IMG/VR virus record: IMGVR_UViG_3300050821_001527
Coordinates: 64,001-128,000 of that record
From: a virus
Taxonomy: Duplodnaviria; Caudoviricetes
Direction: 5' to 3' (one strand)
DNA: 64,000 nt
Part shown: positions 20,607-30,297 of the stretch, in pieces
How positions within the stretch are numbered: position 1 is the stretch's first letter
How the letters are laid out: each line of letters opens with the position of its first letter
Translations under genes and position numbers: made by a program
The notes under the pieces: model-generated
What the model saw: only the letters and a program-made list of their open reading frames with translations
Databases searched by the model: none
What the model was told of the DNA's origin: nothing

Positions 20607-23158
20607 GATTTACAGTCGGATAGCTTGGTGTAAATTTTGTTCTGCTGGACTGCGATAAGGTCGGCGAAAATCGTGCCTTCCTTTTTCGTGCCCTTGACGA
20701 TAACAATGTCGCCCTCTTTGGGTAAGCGGATATTCAAACTTTCGCATTCTTCAAGTTTCTTATTGAAAATCATTACCTTGGTCGAGCCGGTTTCGTCGGC
20801 TACGAACATGGATGCGTATTTGCTGCCCTTGCCTCTGGATACGCCGCGCTTGACTTCCTCGGAGATTTTACCGATGAACACGACACGCGAATCCATGTCG
20901 CTGTCGTTGACCTTGCCGACTTCGGTAAGACCTTCAATCTTCTCCTGAAAAATATCAATCAGTCGGCAGCTAGAAGCATAGCCCAACAAGGAGTTCTCAT
21001 ACCACCAATTAGCGAATCTTTCGCAAAGTATGTTCTGTTCGTAAATGACCTTGTAGTTCTTGGCCTTTTCACGGATGGTGGCGACTCGCGTTTCCTTGAT
21101 TATCAGTTTGCCCTTTTCATTTCTCAACGTGGTCAGATGCTTGAGTGTCTTGACCAAATCGTAGTTGAATGTCGGGGCATACTGCAAGACAAGCGGCTTC
21201 TCCCTGTCCGTGAGGACGTTCCAAAGTTGGGCTTCGTAAACGGTCTTGACGCGGGAATTTTTATAGTCTTCGAGCGCACCGGCTTGGACAAGCGCGGAGA
21301 GAATACCAATGGACAGCCCACACTGTTTAGCCGCCTCAAACATTTCCAACTTGGAGAGCGACTTGGATTTGAATTTGAGAAGCTTGTCAATCGTCTTTTC
21401 GGAAACCCCCTTGATGGATGAAAGACCGAAGCGAATGTTGTTGCCTTCAATGGAAAAGTCCACTTCCGACTTCTGCAAGTGCGGCGGTAAAAGCTTGAGG
21501 TCGAAATGAGCCATTTCTTTCTGGATGATGGAGATTTCCCCAATCGGGTCAGGTTCGTGTCTGCTCATTTGGAGCAACGCCAAGAAAAATTCCTTCGGGT
21601 GGTTGAATTTCAGATAGACCGTCGAGGCGGCGAGGGCGGCATAGGAACAGGAGTGCGACTTGTTGAATGAGTAGTTCGCCGAGTCTTCCAGAACCTTCCA
21701 CAGCACGTCACCGACTTCGACGGGAAGATTACTCTCTTTGACCTTATCGGAAATGCGCTGCTTCCAAGCCTTGACTTCCTCAACCTTTTTCTTACCGACG
21801 ATTCGGCGTAGAATTTCAGCTTCGTCGAGTGTGAAGCCAATCTTGTGAGCCATCTGCATCATCTGCTCCTGATAAAGACAGACGCCGCCCGTAACTTTCA
21901 GGATACTGTCGAAGAACGGATGAATGGCTTCATATTCCCCGTTGTTCGTGTAAGCAGCGAATTTGTCCACGAACGCCATAGCACCGGGGCGGGCCAGAGC
22001 GAGAATCGCGCTCAATTCTTCCATGTTCTTAGGCTTGACCTTCTGCGTAACCTTGAACGCTAGGTCGGCTTCGATTTGGAATAACCCGTGAGGACACTTC
22101 AAGTCGTAGAGATTTTGATAGATGGTAGGATGCTCCAAGTCAAGGTCGGCAACTTTCTTGCCTAGAAGCTTGCATACTCTGTCAATGACGGAAACGCTGC
22201 GAAGACCGAGGGCGTCAAGTTTGACGTTCGACAACGCCACCCAATTCATGTCGTATGACGATACAATGTCTCCATCCGAGGATAGCTCTGTCGGGGAATT
22301 CCCGTCCAAATCGTCGTAGGAAAGCAGGATGCCGGAAGCATGGACGCCTTTGTTCTTAATAAGGTCGCGCAGTTTTAGGGCCGTCTGATAGACTCGCGGA
22401 TTTGCGTCTGCCCATTTTTTGAATTCCTCGGAGTGGGAGTAGGCTACTTCCAAGTCTTCGACGTTGCCGAAAATCTTGGGAATCATGGCCGAGACTTCCT
22501 TCATTTCTTCCTCGGACTTGCTGCCGATGATTTTACCGCACTCCTTGATTAGCAGTTTGCCGCTCAAGGTGGTCAGCGTAAGAATTTTCCCGGTCTTGCC
22601 TTTGAATTTTTGGTCGAGGTATTCGAGAACCTTGTGACGGCTGTAAAAGCAAATGTCCAAGTCAATATCACACATGAGCGAACCATCGAGATACGTCACG
22701 CCGTCAACCACCTGTTTCTTGGCACGGGTCTTGGATATGAAACGCTCGAAATACAAACCATACTTGATAGGGTCAATCTTGGTGACGCCAATCAGGTAGA
22801 GAACCAAACTGCCCGCCGCGCTACCACGACCCACCCCTGTCGGAATGTCATTTTCCACGCAGAAGTTGATTACGTCCCAAACCAGCAGCATGTAATCCAC
22901 GAAGCCAAGCTCGTTGATGATGTTGAGTTCAAGTTTAACCCTGTCCGCATATTGGGCATAGGCAGGGGACTTTTTATCCAATTTTAATGCCTTGAAGCCC
23001 TTGAGACAAAGGCCGTGGAGGAATTCGTAATTGGTGCAGTCATTGTCCAGACCGATTTGTTTCTTGTAGCGAGGCTCAATTTTGAACTGAGGAAGTCTGA
23101 CGCCGTGCATAGGAATATCCACAGTCTCGAAAGACGATATGAAGTTTGATGGTGTCAT
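20594..23158 (-). CDS. dnaE: DNA polymerase III alpha, catalytic core lacking most of the PHP domain
   Basis: GRGSAAGSL, FERF, DIDLD, HASG, KLDALGL, YSFNKSHS motifs; C-terminal OB fold. Confidence 0.95.
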   Translation of the reverse strand: MTPSNFISSFETVDIPMHGVRLPQFKIEPRYKKQIGLDNDCTNYEFLHGLCLKGFKALKLDKKSPAYAQYADRVKLELNIINELGFVDYMLLVWDVINFCVENDIPTGVGRGSAAGSLVLYLIGVTKIDPIKYGLYFERFISKTRAKKQVVDGVTYLDGSLMCDIDLDICFYSRHKVLEYLDQKFKGKTGKILTLTTLSGKLLIKECGKIIGSKSEEEMKEVSAMIPKIFGNVEDLEVAYSHSEEFKKWADANPRVYQTALKLRDLIKNKGVHASGILLSYDDLDGNSPTELSSDGDIVSSYDMNWVALSNVKLDALGLRSVSVIDRVCKLLGKKVADLDLEHPTIYQNLYDLKCPHGLFQIEADLAFKVTQKVKPKNMEELSAILALARPGAMAFVDKFAAYTNNGEYEAIHPFFDSILKVTGGVCLYQEQMMQMAHKIGFTLDEAEILRRIVGKKKVEEVKAWKQRISDKVKESNLPVEVGDVLWKVLEDSANYSFNKSHSCSYAALAASTVYLKFNHPKEFFLALLQMSRHEPDPIGEISIIQKEMAHFDLKLLPPHLQKSEVDFSIEGNNIRFGLSSIKGVSEKTIDKLLKFKSKSLSKLEMFEAAKQCGLSIGILSALVQAGALEDYKNSRVKTVYEAQLWNVLTDREKPLVLQYAPTFNYDLVKTLKHLTTLRNEKGKLIIKETRVATIREKAKNYKVIYEQNILCERFANWWYENSLLGYASSCRLIDIFQEKIEGLTEVGKVNDSDMDSRVVFIGKISEEVKRGVSRGKGSKYASMFVADETGSTKVMIFNKKLEECESLNIRLPKEGDIVIVKGTKKEGTIFADLIAVQQNKIYTKLSDCKSQEE

Positions 23159-23159
23159 G

Positions 23160-23807
23160 TTAGATTTCGATTTGAAACTTCTGCTTGTTCCAGACTTTCA
23201 CGTTCAACTGTAAGTCAACGATGGCGTTGTGCAGGTTTGCGTAGTCATGGTCAATATTATACTCTTTACCAAGGGCGGTCAAGGATGTTTTTGTTCCTCT
23301 GACTGACCTGTTGAGCATTCGATATTGATACTCGATAAGCGACCCCATGTTTCTGTCGTATGGAATGCTGAGTTTCATTCCGAGAGCCAAGCATCGGGTG
23401 TCAATCATCTTGGGGGTGAAATGCTTCCAAGGTCTGTTCAGATATTCCGCCCAGCCTTTTAGGATATAGGCGTCGAAGTTGAGGATGTTGTGTCCGGCGA
23501 TAAAGTCGCATTCCTCAAAATATTTTTCGGCGGTCATCCAAACTTCCTTGGGGTCTTTGCCTAGCGCAAGAAGCTTGCTGTGGTCGTATCGCGTAATGCG
23601 GGCGGCTTCGGCACCGACTCTCAAGTCAGTCTGCTTCGTCCAGTTGACTAGCATGTCCTCCGACCCAATGATGTTGTCGCCTTGGACTTTGACGATACCC
23701 AACTGCCACGCCCTATTCTGCCTGAAATTCAGGCAGAGATTAAAAGTTTCCGCGTCGAAGAAGCAATACGTCTTTTTCTTGTCAAACCTAAGCAGTTCTT
23801 CAAACAT
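23160..23807 (-). CDS. DnaQ-like DEDDh 3'-5' exonuclease
   Basis: ExoI FFDAET, ExoII GHNILNFD, ExoIII LHNAIVD; the ATG overlaps the PHP stop. Confidence 0.9.
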   Translation of the reverse strand: MFEELLRFDKKKTYCFFDAETFNLCLNFRQNRAWQLGIVKVQGDNIIGSEDMLVNWTKQTDLRVGAEAARITRYDHSKLLALGKDPKEVWMTAEKYFEECDFIAGHNILNFDAYILKGWAEYLNRPWKHFTPKMIDTRCLALGMKLSIPYDRNMGSLIEYQYRMLNRSVRGTKTSLTALGKEYNIDHDYANLHNAIVDLQLNVKVWNKQKFQIEI

Positions 23808-24588
23808 TCGCGGCCTCCTTCCATGCTTCAAAGCAAAAATCGTCGCTGCACAAATGGTCTAGGTCTGGATTTTCCAGAGTGGAGCGGTTATTGATACATC
23901 TGGCCGTGAGATAGGCAATGAAGTCATCGCGGTTCTCGTAGAAGATGCTCTTGGCCGCAATTTCCTGATACTTGTTCGTCGCCAAATACTCGGTAAGGCG
24001 CGTTTGCAGGAATTGGTCGAACGGCATGTTATTGTCCTCACGAAAGAACACGGGTTCGATTGAAGAAAAGTCAGGGACGCATGAACCGCAGCTAAGAGTG
24101 TTCATGTAGAGGAACGAATCGTAGAACGGAACCGCCAGTTGCAGATTTTTCGTCCACAGTTTCTTGAGGGTGGGATAATCAATATGTGGAACCTTTGCCT
24201 GCTGGCTGACACCGGAGAAAAGACCTTGTGAAGCGGCAAGGCTCCAAATCCTGCATAGGTCGCCGTAGCCTTCGGTGTTGCGAATGAAGATTATGATTTT
24301 TGACCTTTTGCAGACCGAGGCGGGCGTCATGTCGGCGAGGGATTCGGTTACAAACATCCTGATACCGTAAATCAGCTTCATCTTGGCGGCTTTGGCGTTC
24401 TTAAAAGCTTCCAAAAAGCTTGAAAAATTGTCCTCTACCAAGACAAGCTCCCCAAGACCGGCTTCCTTAGCCAAGGAGATAATCGAAACCGGCGAGTGCG
24501 GCTTCTTCTCGGAGTTTTCCAAGGTTAGGATGGATTTGCCAATGGAGTAGTGAGACTTCCACAACGGCAAGACTTTAAAATCGGTCAT
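23800..24588 (-). CDS. Stand-alone PHP domain of DnaE
   Basis: KSHYSIGKS, LVED, GIR, RNTEGY patterns match the DnaE N-terminal PHP domain; metal ligands degenerate. Confidence 0.85.
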   Translation of the reverse strand: MTDFKVLPLWKSHYSIGKSILTLENSEKKPHSPVSIISLAKEAGLGELVLVEDNFSSFLEAFKNAKAAKMKLIYGIRMFVTESLADMTPASVCKRSKIIIFIRNTEGYGDLCRIWSLAASQGLFSGVSQQAKVPHIDYPTLKKLWTKNLQLAVPFYDSFLYMNTLSCGSCVPDFSSIEPVFFREDNNMPFDQFLQTRLTEYLATNKYQEIAAKSIFYENRDDFIAYLTARCINNRSTLENPDLDHLCSDDFCFEAWKEAANV

Positions 24589-24594
24589 TGTAAT

Positions 24595-24623
24595 ATACTG
24601 GCACGTTTTTCACAAAAAGTCAA
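24595..24623 (-). promoter_or_regulatory. Sigma70-like promoter, 6 nt upstream of the PHP ATG
   Basis: TTGACT-N17-CAGTAT-N6-ATG. Confidence 0.6.
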
Positions 24624-24628
24624 GGGAT

Positions 24629-25669
24629 TTAAAACGTGTCAATCGGAGGGCGGTATTTAGGGCATCCGGCGTAGTGGAGCTTGATGATTGATTGACCCTC
24701 TTTGGCGGTTAAATCATCCTTTAGACTGGTTTGGACGACCTTTCCGTCCTTGTCCTTGAGGGCGTAGTAAAAAAATGGAAATTTATATGGGCAATGCCAC
24801 ATAGGGGTTCCATCCTTCTTTAACTGGTCGGGTCTGGTGGCAAATCCGCAGGCCAGCCTGCCGTGGAACGAGCCGTCCTTGGGGATTGGGTGGTCGGCGG
24901 CGAAATTTGCGTAAGCATCATTGATGTGGAAATTGTCAACCCTTTTCTGCACATCAGCAAGGTAATACTCAAATCCTTTGAGTGTCTGGTCGGAGAATGC
25001 GACTTCCTGATGCGGCTCCTTCGGATACTGCAAAAAGATGAACCTGACTTTGGGAGTCAAATCTGGCCAGAGCTTCTTGCAGGCCAGTGAATACATGAGA
25101 GCCTGAACGCTAGAATTGATGTCCTCGCCGGAATATTTCAGCTTCGAGGATTTGAAGTCGTCAATGACTATGTGCGTTTTGGTTAGGGCGATTTTGTCAA
25201 TCGTTCCGTAAATGAAGTATCTCGGAGTCTCGCTTTGGATTTTAAAACGATGCTCCTTACCCACGACTTTTCCGCCCTTAACGAAGAAGTCCGTCTTTAG
25301 CCCGACGAGAATCATGCCGTCAATCTTCTCGAAGGTTTCCTTATCGTCGAGAAGATGATTGTTCCTAATCAGCTTTCTGACCAGCCTTTCAGTGGAGGGC
25401 TTGGCGCAAATGGTTCCCGCTTTGACTATGGCGGTGAATGTTTTCTTGCGTCTTGGATTAAGCAGGCACTCAAAGAATGAGTGGCAGACGTTCCCCATTA
25501 ACGCCCCTCGGTTGTCCTTCTGCGGGAGCTTGAGAATGTAGTTGCAGTAATAGAGCCAGCTACACGTCTCAAGAGATTTGAGCGCGGAACTTCTGAGGAA
25601 ATTCTCTCCGTCTGACTGATAGAACGAAGCATCTGTTTCGCGCTTCATCCCAACTGGTGCTTTTTCCAA
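24629..25669 (-). CDS. PD-(D/E)XK RecB/Cas4-like nuclease
   Basis: IYGTIDKI...IDDFKSS...QALMY; N- and C-terminal cysteines. Confidence 0.85.
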   Translation of the reverse strand: MEKAPVGMKRETDASFYQSDGENFLRSSALKSLETCSWLYYCNYILKLPQKDNRGALMGNVCHSFFECLLNPRRKKTFTAIVKAGTICAKPSTERLVRKLIRNNHLLDDKETFEKIDGMILVGLKTDFFVKGGKVVGKEHRFKIQSETPRYFIYGTIDKIALTKTHIVIDDFKSSKLKYSGEDINSSVQALMYSLACKKLWPDLTPKVRFIFLQYPKEPHQEVAFSDQTLKGFEYYLADVQKRVDNFHINDAYANFAADHPIPKDGSFHGRLACGFATRPDQLKKDGTPMWHCPYKFPFFYYALKDKDGKVVQTSLKDDLTAKEGQSIIKLHYAGCPKYRPPIDTF

Positions 25670-26544
25670 AGTGCTATCTCCTCATAATTCATCGCTCCGA
25701 AATCCTTCTTAGTAGGAAGGCCAATTTTTATCTGTCTTTCATCAAAGTGTTGCAAGAGTTGCTCGCGGGCATCCTCGGCGGCGTTATTGCCTATCCTATT
25801 ATTGTCTGGTTCGTTGTTAAACGCTAGAATGATTTCATCCATGTCGAATTTGATGAACGTGGAGATAATCGCGGAACTTAGCTCCGTTCCAAAAGAGACA
25901 ATGACATTTTTGATGCTGGAATCCCACAGCGCGAGCAAATCGCCAATACTTTCAACGATGACTACCTTTCTCTCTCGCAGGATGATTTCCTTGTTGAAAA
26001 TCAATGGATAGCACCAACGAGATTTTGAGCCGATGTGTTTCCATTTCGGCCTATAGTCGGAATTCGGCAGAAGGTCGCGCCCGCTGAATCCCACAATATC
26101 CTGCTTGTCGTCGAAGATTGGGAATACGAATCTGTTGGCCATCTTCCCCGTGGACACGACGCCCCCTTGAAATAGTTCGAGCGTCTGTCTTGAAACCCCT
26201 CGGCCTTCCCAATAGGAGTAATCCTTCTGCAACTTGACGAGAAGTTCCTTGGAGAAAATCTTCGGTTGCTCCAATCTGACACACTCGCTGGCGGGAACCG
26301 GGGTGAACCCATCCATGTATTTCCCCATTTCCGTTCCATCGGGCAGTCTCAGGGTAAGCTTGATTAACGATGAAAGGTCGCCGTGCTGGTTTGTGCTAAA
26401 GTCATGCCACTCACCTGTTTCCTTGTTGATGACAAGGCTGGTGTTGTTGCCGGACTCTCGGTAAAGGGGTTTGGCGCGATAAGAGCGTCCAAGGTCGCGC
26501 AAATCGTATCCGATACCAGATAGAATGTCCCTTACGGAACTCAT
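25645..26544 (-). CDS. dnaG: DnaG-type primase (TOPRIM)
   Basis: Degenerate Zn-finger, VFPI.D...VGFSGR, IVESIGDLLAL; adjacent to DnaB. Confidence 0.85.
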   Translation of the reverse strand: MSSVRDILSGIGYDLRDLGRSYRAKPLYRESGNNTSLVINKETGEWHDFSTNQHGDLSSLIKLTLRLPDGTEMGKYMDGFTPVPASECVRLEQPKIFSKELLVKLQKDYSYWEGRGVSRQTLELFQGGVVSTGKMANRFVFPIFDDKQDIVGFSGRDLLPNSDYRPKWKHIGSKSRWCYPLIFNKEIILRERKVVIVESIGDLLALWDSSIKNVIVSFGTELSSAIISTFIKFDMDEIILAFNNEPDNNRIGNNAAEDAREQLLQHFDERQIKIGLPTKKDFGAMNYEEIALWKKHQLG

Positions 26545-28028
26545 ATAGTTTCCGACTCGCCTCTTTCTTTGGCACCTTCGTCAATAACTTCAAACTGGGC
26601 GTTCTGTCGGGCAATGGAATCCCTCAAGGAACCGCGTTCTTCAACGTGGAAGTCTTGAATGTTGATGTTGATGAAGTTCTTGACCCACTTCACTTTTCCG
26701 TTCGGGAATTTCCTTCTGATAAGGTCTTGGTGACCCGCCGCTTCTCGGCCTTGGTGACGAACCACCAACTCGATTAGCTTGTGCGTTCCGCTTTCGGGGG
26801 TGTCCAATACGATTTCCTCCTCGACGCGTCTGCGGAGAATATGAACGGAAGACGCATACCAAGTGATACGGTCAGAGATACCAACCGAGCTTTCGTCGTC
26901 AATAATATCCTCGACTGCTCTGGACGTGGTAATGCCGCTACGGTTGTTCTGAACTGCGGTGACGATTGGAAGGTCAAGTTCTTCCGCCAGTTTTTTCATG
27001 GCGTCAATCTTGTCACCCATCATCTGATATTCTTGCTTATTGCCGGTAAGGGCGTCAACTGCCTTGACATAATCAAGGACAACCATGCACTTCTTGTCGC
27101 GGCCCTGTTTGAGCCTCCAACGGCGGCAGATGGATTTGATTTGCTCGACGTTCTTGTTGCCGACAAAGCGGTGCGTCACCTTATAGCAGGTAACGTCCTT
27201 GAGAAGACCCCTGATTTTCGCCACCATCTGCGGGTGCTTGCGCCAGTTTCCGGTTTCCACAAACCACATTGGGACTCCGGTTTTGGCAGAAATAGCGCGG
27301 AACCTTTGTTCCTCGGTGGACATTTCGGTGTCCAGATACAAGACAGCCATGTCGTGCATCTTGCTCATTTCAGCAGCGACGGCGTTTAGGTATGTGGACT
27401 TACCGGCTTTGGCGCGGGCGGCGATGATGTAGAGGTTTTTCTTGCGGTAGCCACCGTAAAGGCGGTTGTATTCGGGGAATGGCGTGGCATACCCGACTTC
27501 CTCCTGTGGATTGTTTCCGCGTTCCTCGGCCAAGTTCAGAAGACCGGCGAACAAATCTTCGTCCTCGTCATTGAGTGAAAGATGCTGGATTTCCTCCCCG
27601 TAGATTTCGTCAATGGCCGCGACCACTTCGTCCAGCGTGTCGTTTACATGCCTTTCGATGTGAGTCTTGATTGCGTCGGCGTTTTGAGAAAGTTCACGAA
27701 AGACACGTAGCTTGGCTAATTCGCGGAATGCTTCGATGGTAGCCTCCGGGGAAACCGGAATGAAGCTAAGGCTGTCAATATAGTCGAAGATGTTGATTTC
27801 GGACTTGAATGAAATTCCGAGGTTCTTGATTTTTTGGGCGAGAAGAACCTTATCCGGCTTTTCGTTCAGGAGGATGGAATTTTTCAGACAGTTGAAGATT
27901 GTCTGGTGAACGTCAACGAAATAGTCCCTGTCAGAAACAAAACGGTCAATGTCCGCGAAAATATGCGGATTTCGCATCAAGCCCGCGAGAGAGTGTTTTT
28001 CGACTTGGAGGGAGTAAAGCTTAGACAT
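26541..28028 (-). CDS. dnaB: Replicative DNA helicase
   Basis: Walker A AARAKAGKST, YLDTEM, VVLDYV, AVQNNR. Confidence 0.93.
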   Translation of the reverse strand: MSKLYSLQVEKHSLAGLMRNPHIFADIDRFVSDRDYFVDVHQTIFNCLKNSILLNEKPDKVLLAQKIKNLGISFKSEINIFDYIDSLSFIPVSPEATIEAFRELAKLRVFRELSQNADAIKTHIERHVNDTLDEVVAAIDEIYGEEIQHLSLNDEDEDLFAGLLNLAEERGNNPQEEVGYATPFPEYNRLYGGYRKKNLYIIAARAKAGKSTYLNAVAAEMSKMHDMAVLYLDTEMSTEEQRFRAISAKTGVPMWFVETGNWRKHPQMVAKIRGLLKDVTCYKVTHRFVGNKNVEQIKSICRRWRLKQGRDKKCMVVLDYVKAVDALTGNKQEYQMMGDKIDAMKKLAEELDLPIVTAVQNNRSGITTSRAVEDIIDDESSVGISDRITWYASSVHILRRRVEEEIVLDTPESGTHKLIELVVRHQGREAAGHQDLIRRKFPNGKVKWVKNFININIQDFHVEERGSLRDSIARQNAQFEVIDEGAKERGESETI

Positions 28029-28034
28029 ACTATC

Positions 28035-28063
28035 ATACTATCGGATTATGCGGTAAAAGTCAA
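28035..28063 (-). promoter_or_regulatory. Sigma70-like promoter, 6 nt upstream of the dnaB ATG
   Basis: TTGACT-N17-TAGTAT-N6-ATG. Confidence 0.75.
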
Positions 28064-28065
28064 GG

Positions 28066-28317
28066 TTATTCAGGTTCTTCGGTATTGGGCTGTTCCTGAT
28101 AGATTTGCTCCATTGAGTTTTCAAGATTCAGGTTGTCAACGACGGCAAGCCAGTTTTGGATGTATTTCTGCATACCAAGCCCGCGAGCAGGGTCGTCGAA
28201 TGTAGCGTATGGCTTTGGCCTTCCTTCATTATCGTAGATAAAAAGGATGAATCCCCCTCCCGAGTATTCGTTCAATTCGCTCAGGATACTATCTGGAACG
28301 CGAAATTTTTCAGGCAT
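28066..28317 (-). CDS. Hypothetical protein, 83 aa
   Basis: ORF fills the gap in the operon; GTGTAAT motif upstream. Confidence 0.6.
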   Translation of the reverse strand: MPEKFRVPDSILSELNEYSGGGFILFIYDNEGRPKPYATFDDPARGLGMQKYIQNWLAVVDNLNLENSMEQIYQEQPNTEEPE

Positions 28318-28338
28318 CTTACCTATAATTACACTGTC

Positions 28339-28752
28339 CTATAGGGATATACCAAATTTATCGAGAAAAAATGCAGGAGAAATCAAATCAACTTCCTTAG
28401 TGTATATCACCACCAAGGTAAAACCGTTCTTTTCTAGCCATTCGGTTTTGATAACGTCATTTTTAATTCCTTTTAAGTAATTAAATCGAGATTTATTGTG
28501 AAAGTAATGGAACTCCTCATGCTGCGGGCCATGTATCTCTACACCGACTTTCTTAGTGGCATTGAGAATGTCAACCTTGAGACGAGAGCCAAAAACGGGA
28601 AATTCCTCATAACACATATCAAACTGCCAATATGGTTTGAGGAATTGTTTGACCTTGAACTGCGGGGAAGATAGAGAGTCGCCGTCCCATTTGATAGCGA
28701 ATCGGGCGACGTTTAGATTGGTTGGCTTCCCGCGAACATTCAGTAGTCTCAT
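28339..28752 (-). CDS. Vsr/DUF559-like small endonuclease
   Basis: EEFPV...KVDIL...VEIHGPQH...D..K..WLEKNG. Confidence 0.7.
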   Translation of the reverse strand: MRLLNVRGKPTNLNVARFAIKWDGDSLSSPQFKVKQFLKPYWQFDMCYEEFPVFGSRLKVDILNATKKVGVEIHGPQHEEFHYFHNKSRFNYLKGIKNDVIKTEWLEKNGFTLVVIYTKEVDLISPAFFLDKFGISL

Positions 28753-29918
28753 TACGAGGGCAGGATATTCCTGAACTTCTCGACTAGAAATTTTGAGGCT
28801 TCGGGCTTGGACTCAAGATATTCAAGCGCGACTCTGGTTCCCCTAAACTTGTCGGGAATGTCAGCGTCAATTTTCTTGAGTTCTTTGAGCAAACCGGCCT
28901 CGACGTTGAATGACCCCTTGGCGCTTTCACGCTTTAGGAACTCCCAAGCGATAAGCTGGTCGAGAATGTCGCGCTCAATCCAAACGCTGTTACCGTTGGT
29001 TCTGCCATACTTGACGGCATACTCGAACCTTGTATCGTATTTTTCGTTGTCAGACTTGCGGACGATACCCTTGACCAAATGGCCTACTTTGGGGTTTTTC
29101 TTTTCGTCGTATTTGGCGTCCCCGGATTCGTCGGCGAGGATGTAGTCCCCCTCGTAGCGGAGGGAGAAGTCAAGGACGAGGGAGGCTTGATATTGGACGT
29201 TCGTGCCACCGCTGGAACCGCCCTGACGGAGCGGGTCTTTGGCGTATGGGTCAATCTTCGGGGCCGCGCTCTGTTGTGACGTGGCGAGAAGGATGTGCTG
29301 TCCAGAATTGAAAGGCAGGGCAATCTTAGACCAAAGCATCTTGGTCATGTATTGGGGGCCAGCGACCTTGCGGCTCTTGCCGATTTCCTTGTCCATGTCA
29401 TCGGCCAGCATGAGGTAGTCCATGCAGTCAATCATCACGATGAAGTTCTCCCTGTCCTCCATGTCTTTAAGCTCGTTCGTTTTAACGAGCGTCCAAATGA
29501 AGTTGGCGAGCTTATCGTAAATATTCATCGGCAGAATCAAGCAAGTGCCATTCTCCCATTCCTCTGGCGAATGCACGAACTTGACGCCGGAACGTGATTT
29601 TATTTTCTCGGTGAGTCGGGCTTCCGTGGGGATGATAAGGCCACGGCCTTTCTTGCGCGTCTCCAAGAAGTTCTTGATAATCAGCAGACCTTCGGATGAC
29701 TTTCCAGTGGTCGGCGGGCCGAGCAAACGAACGAGGGTGCCGCTTTGGACGCCACCCCCCAACATCGTGTCAAGCCCGATAACGCCCGTGGAGACGTAGA
29801 ATGGCTTAGAGGCTCTGTCCTCTGTGTAAATGTCATCCTTGTGGGCCTTGAAGAAGCTGGTGGCAGCGACCTTTACAGAATCAACTACTTCCTCTTTTTC
29901 TTTAGCTTTTGGTGGCAT
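28752..29918 (-). CDS. recA: RecA/UvsX-family recombinase
   Basis: STGVIGLDTMLGGG, Walker A GPPTTGKS, IDCMD, GG...QYQAS. Confidence 0.9.
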   Translation of the reverse strand: MPPKAKEKEEVVDSVKVAATSFFKAHKDDIYTEDRASKPFYVSTGVIGLDTMLGGGVQSGTLVRLLGPPTTGKSSEGLLIIKNFLETRKKGRGLIIPTEARLTEKIKSRSGVKFVHSPEEWENGTCLILPMNIYDKLANFIWTLVKTNELKDMEDRENFIVMIDCMDYLMLADDMDKEIGKSRKVAGPQYMTKMLWSKIALPFNSGQHILLATSQQSAAPKIDPYAKDPLRQGGSSGGTNVQYQASLVLDFSLRYEGDYILADESGDAKYDEKKNPKVGHLVKGIVRKSDNEKYDTRFEYAVKYGRTNGNSVWIERDILDQLIAWEFLKRESAKGSFNVEAGLLKELKKIDADIPDKFRGTRVALEYLESKPEASKFLVEKFRNILPS

Positions 29919-30297
29919 ATAAATTTAGAAAATCTTTCAGGGACTTCGGCTTCTGCGGGGAAAGAACAGCGTCTTCCCCAATTTTGTCAGTATCTAATAC
30001 TATAGCCGGTTTTTCCGGCATTGTCAAGGTGTTCTTCTTGAAGTTGAAGAATTGCTCCATGAGATACTGCTTCCCGTAATCCGCCATGAAATAAGCCAGC
30101 GACGGAACCGGCTTGCCGTATGGTGGGATGACCCACATTAAAAATTCAATATTATACTCGGCCACCAATTTTGAGGCCATTTTCATCTCCCTTGGCCAAA
30201 AACCCTTGTCTGCGCGGCGGGCGGGGCCAACGAACTTACCAATGAGGACTTGCTGCTTATTGGGCTGTCTTGGCTTTTTCGGCACGGCAGTATTCAT
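29902..30297 (-). CDS. Hypothetical protein
   Basis: ORF between gmd and recA; start reassigned to the ATG at 30297. Confidence 0.55.
   Translation of the reverse strand: MNTAVPKKPRQPNKQQVLIGKFVGPARRADKGFWPREMKMASKLVAEYNIEFLMWVIPPYGKPVPSLAYFMADYGKQYLMEQFFNFKKNTLTMPEKPAIVLDTDKIGEDAVLSPQKPKSLKDFLNLYATKS

Noticed and set aside
24629-25669. Cas4-like nuclease as evidence of a CRISPR system
   Set aside because: No repeat-spacer array or other cas genes; it sits in the replication operon like common phage PD-(D/E)XK nucleases.
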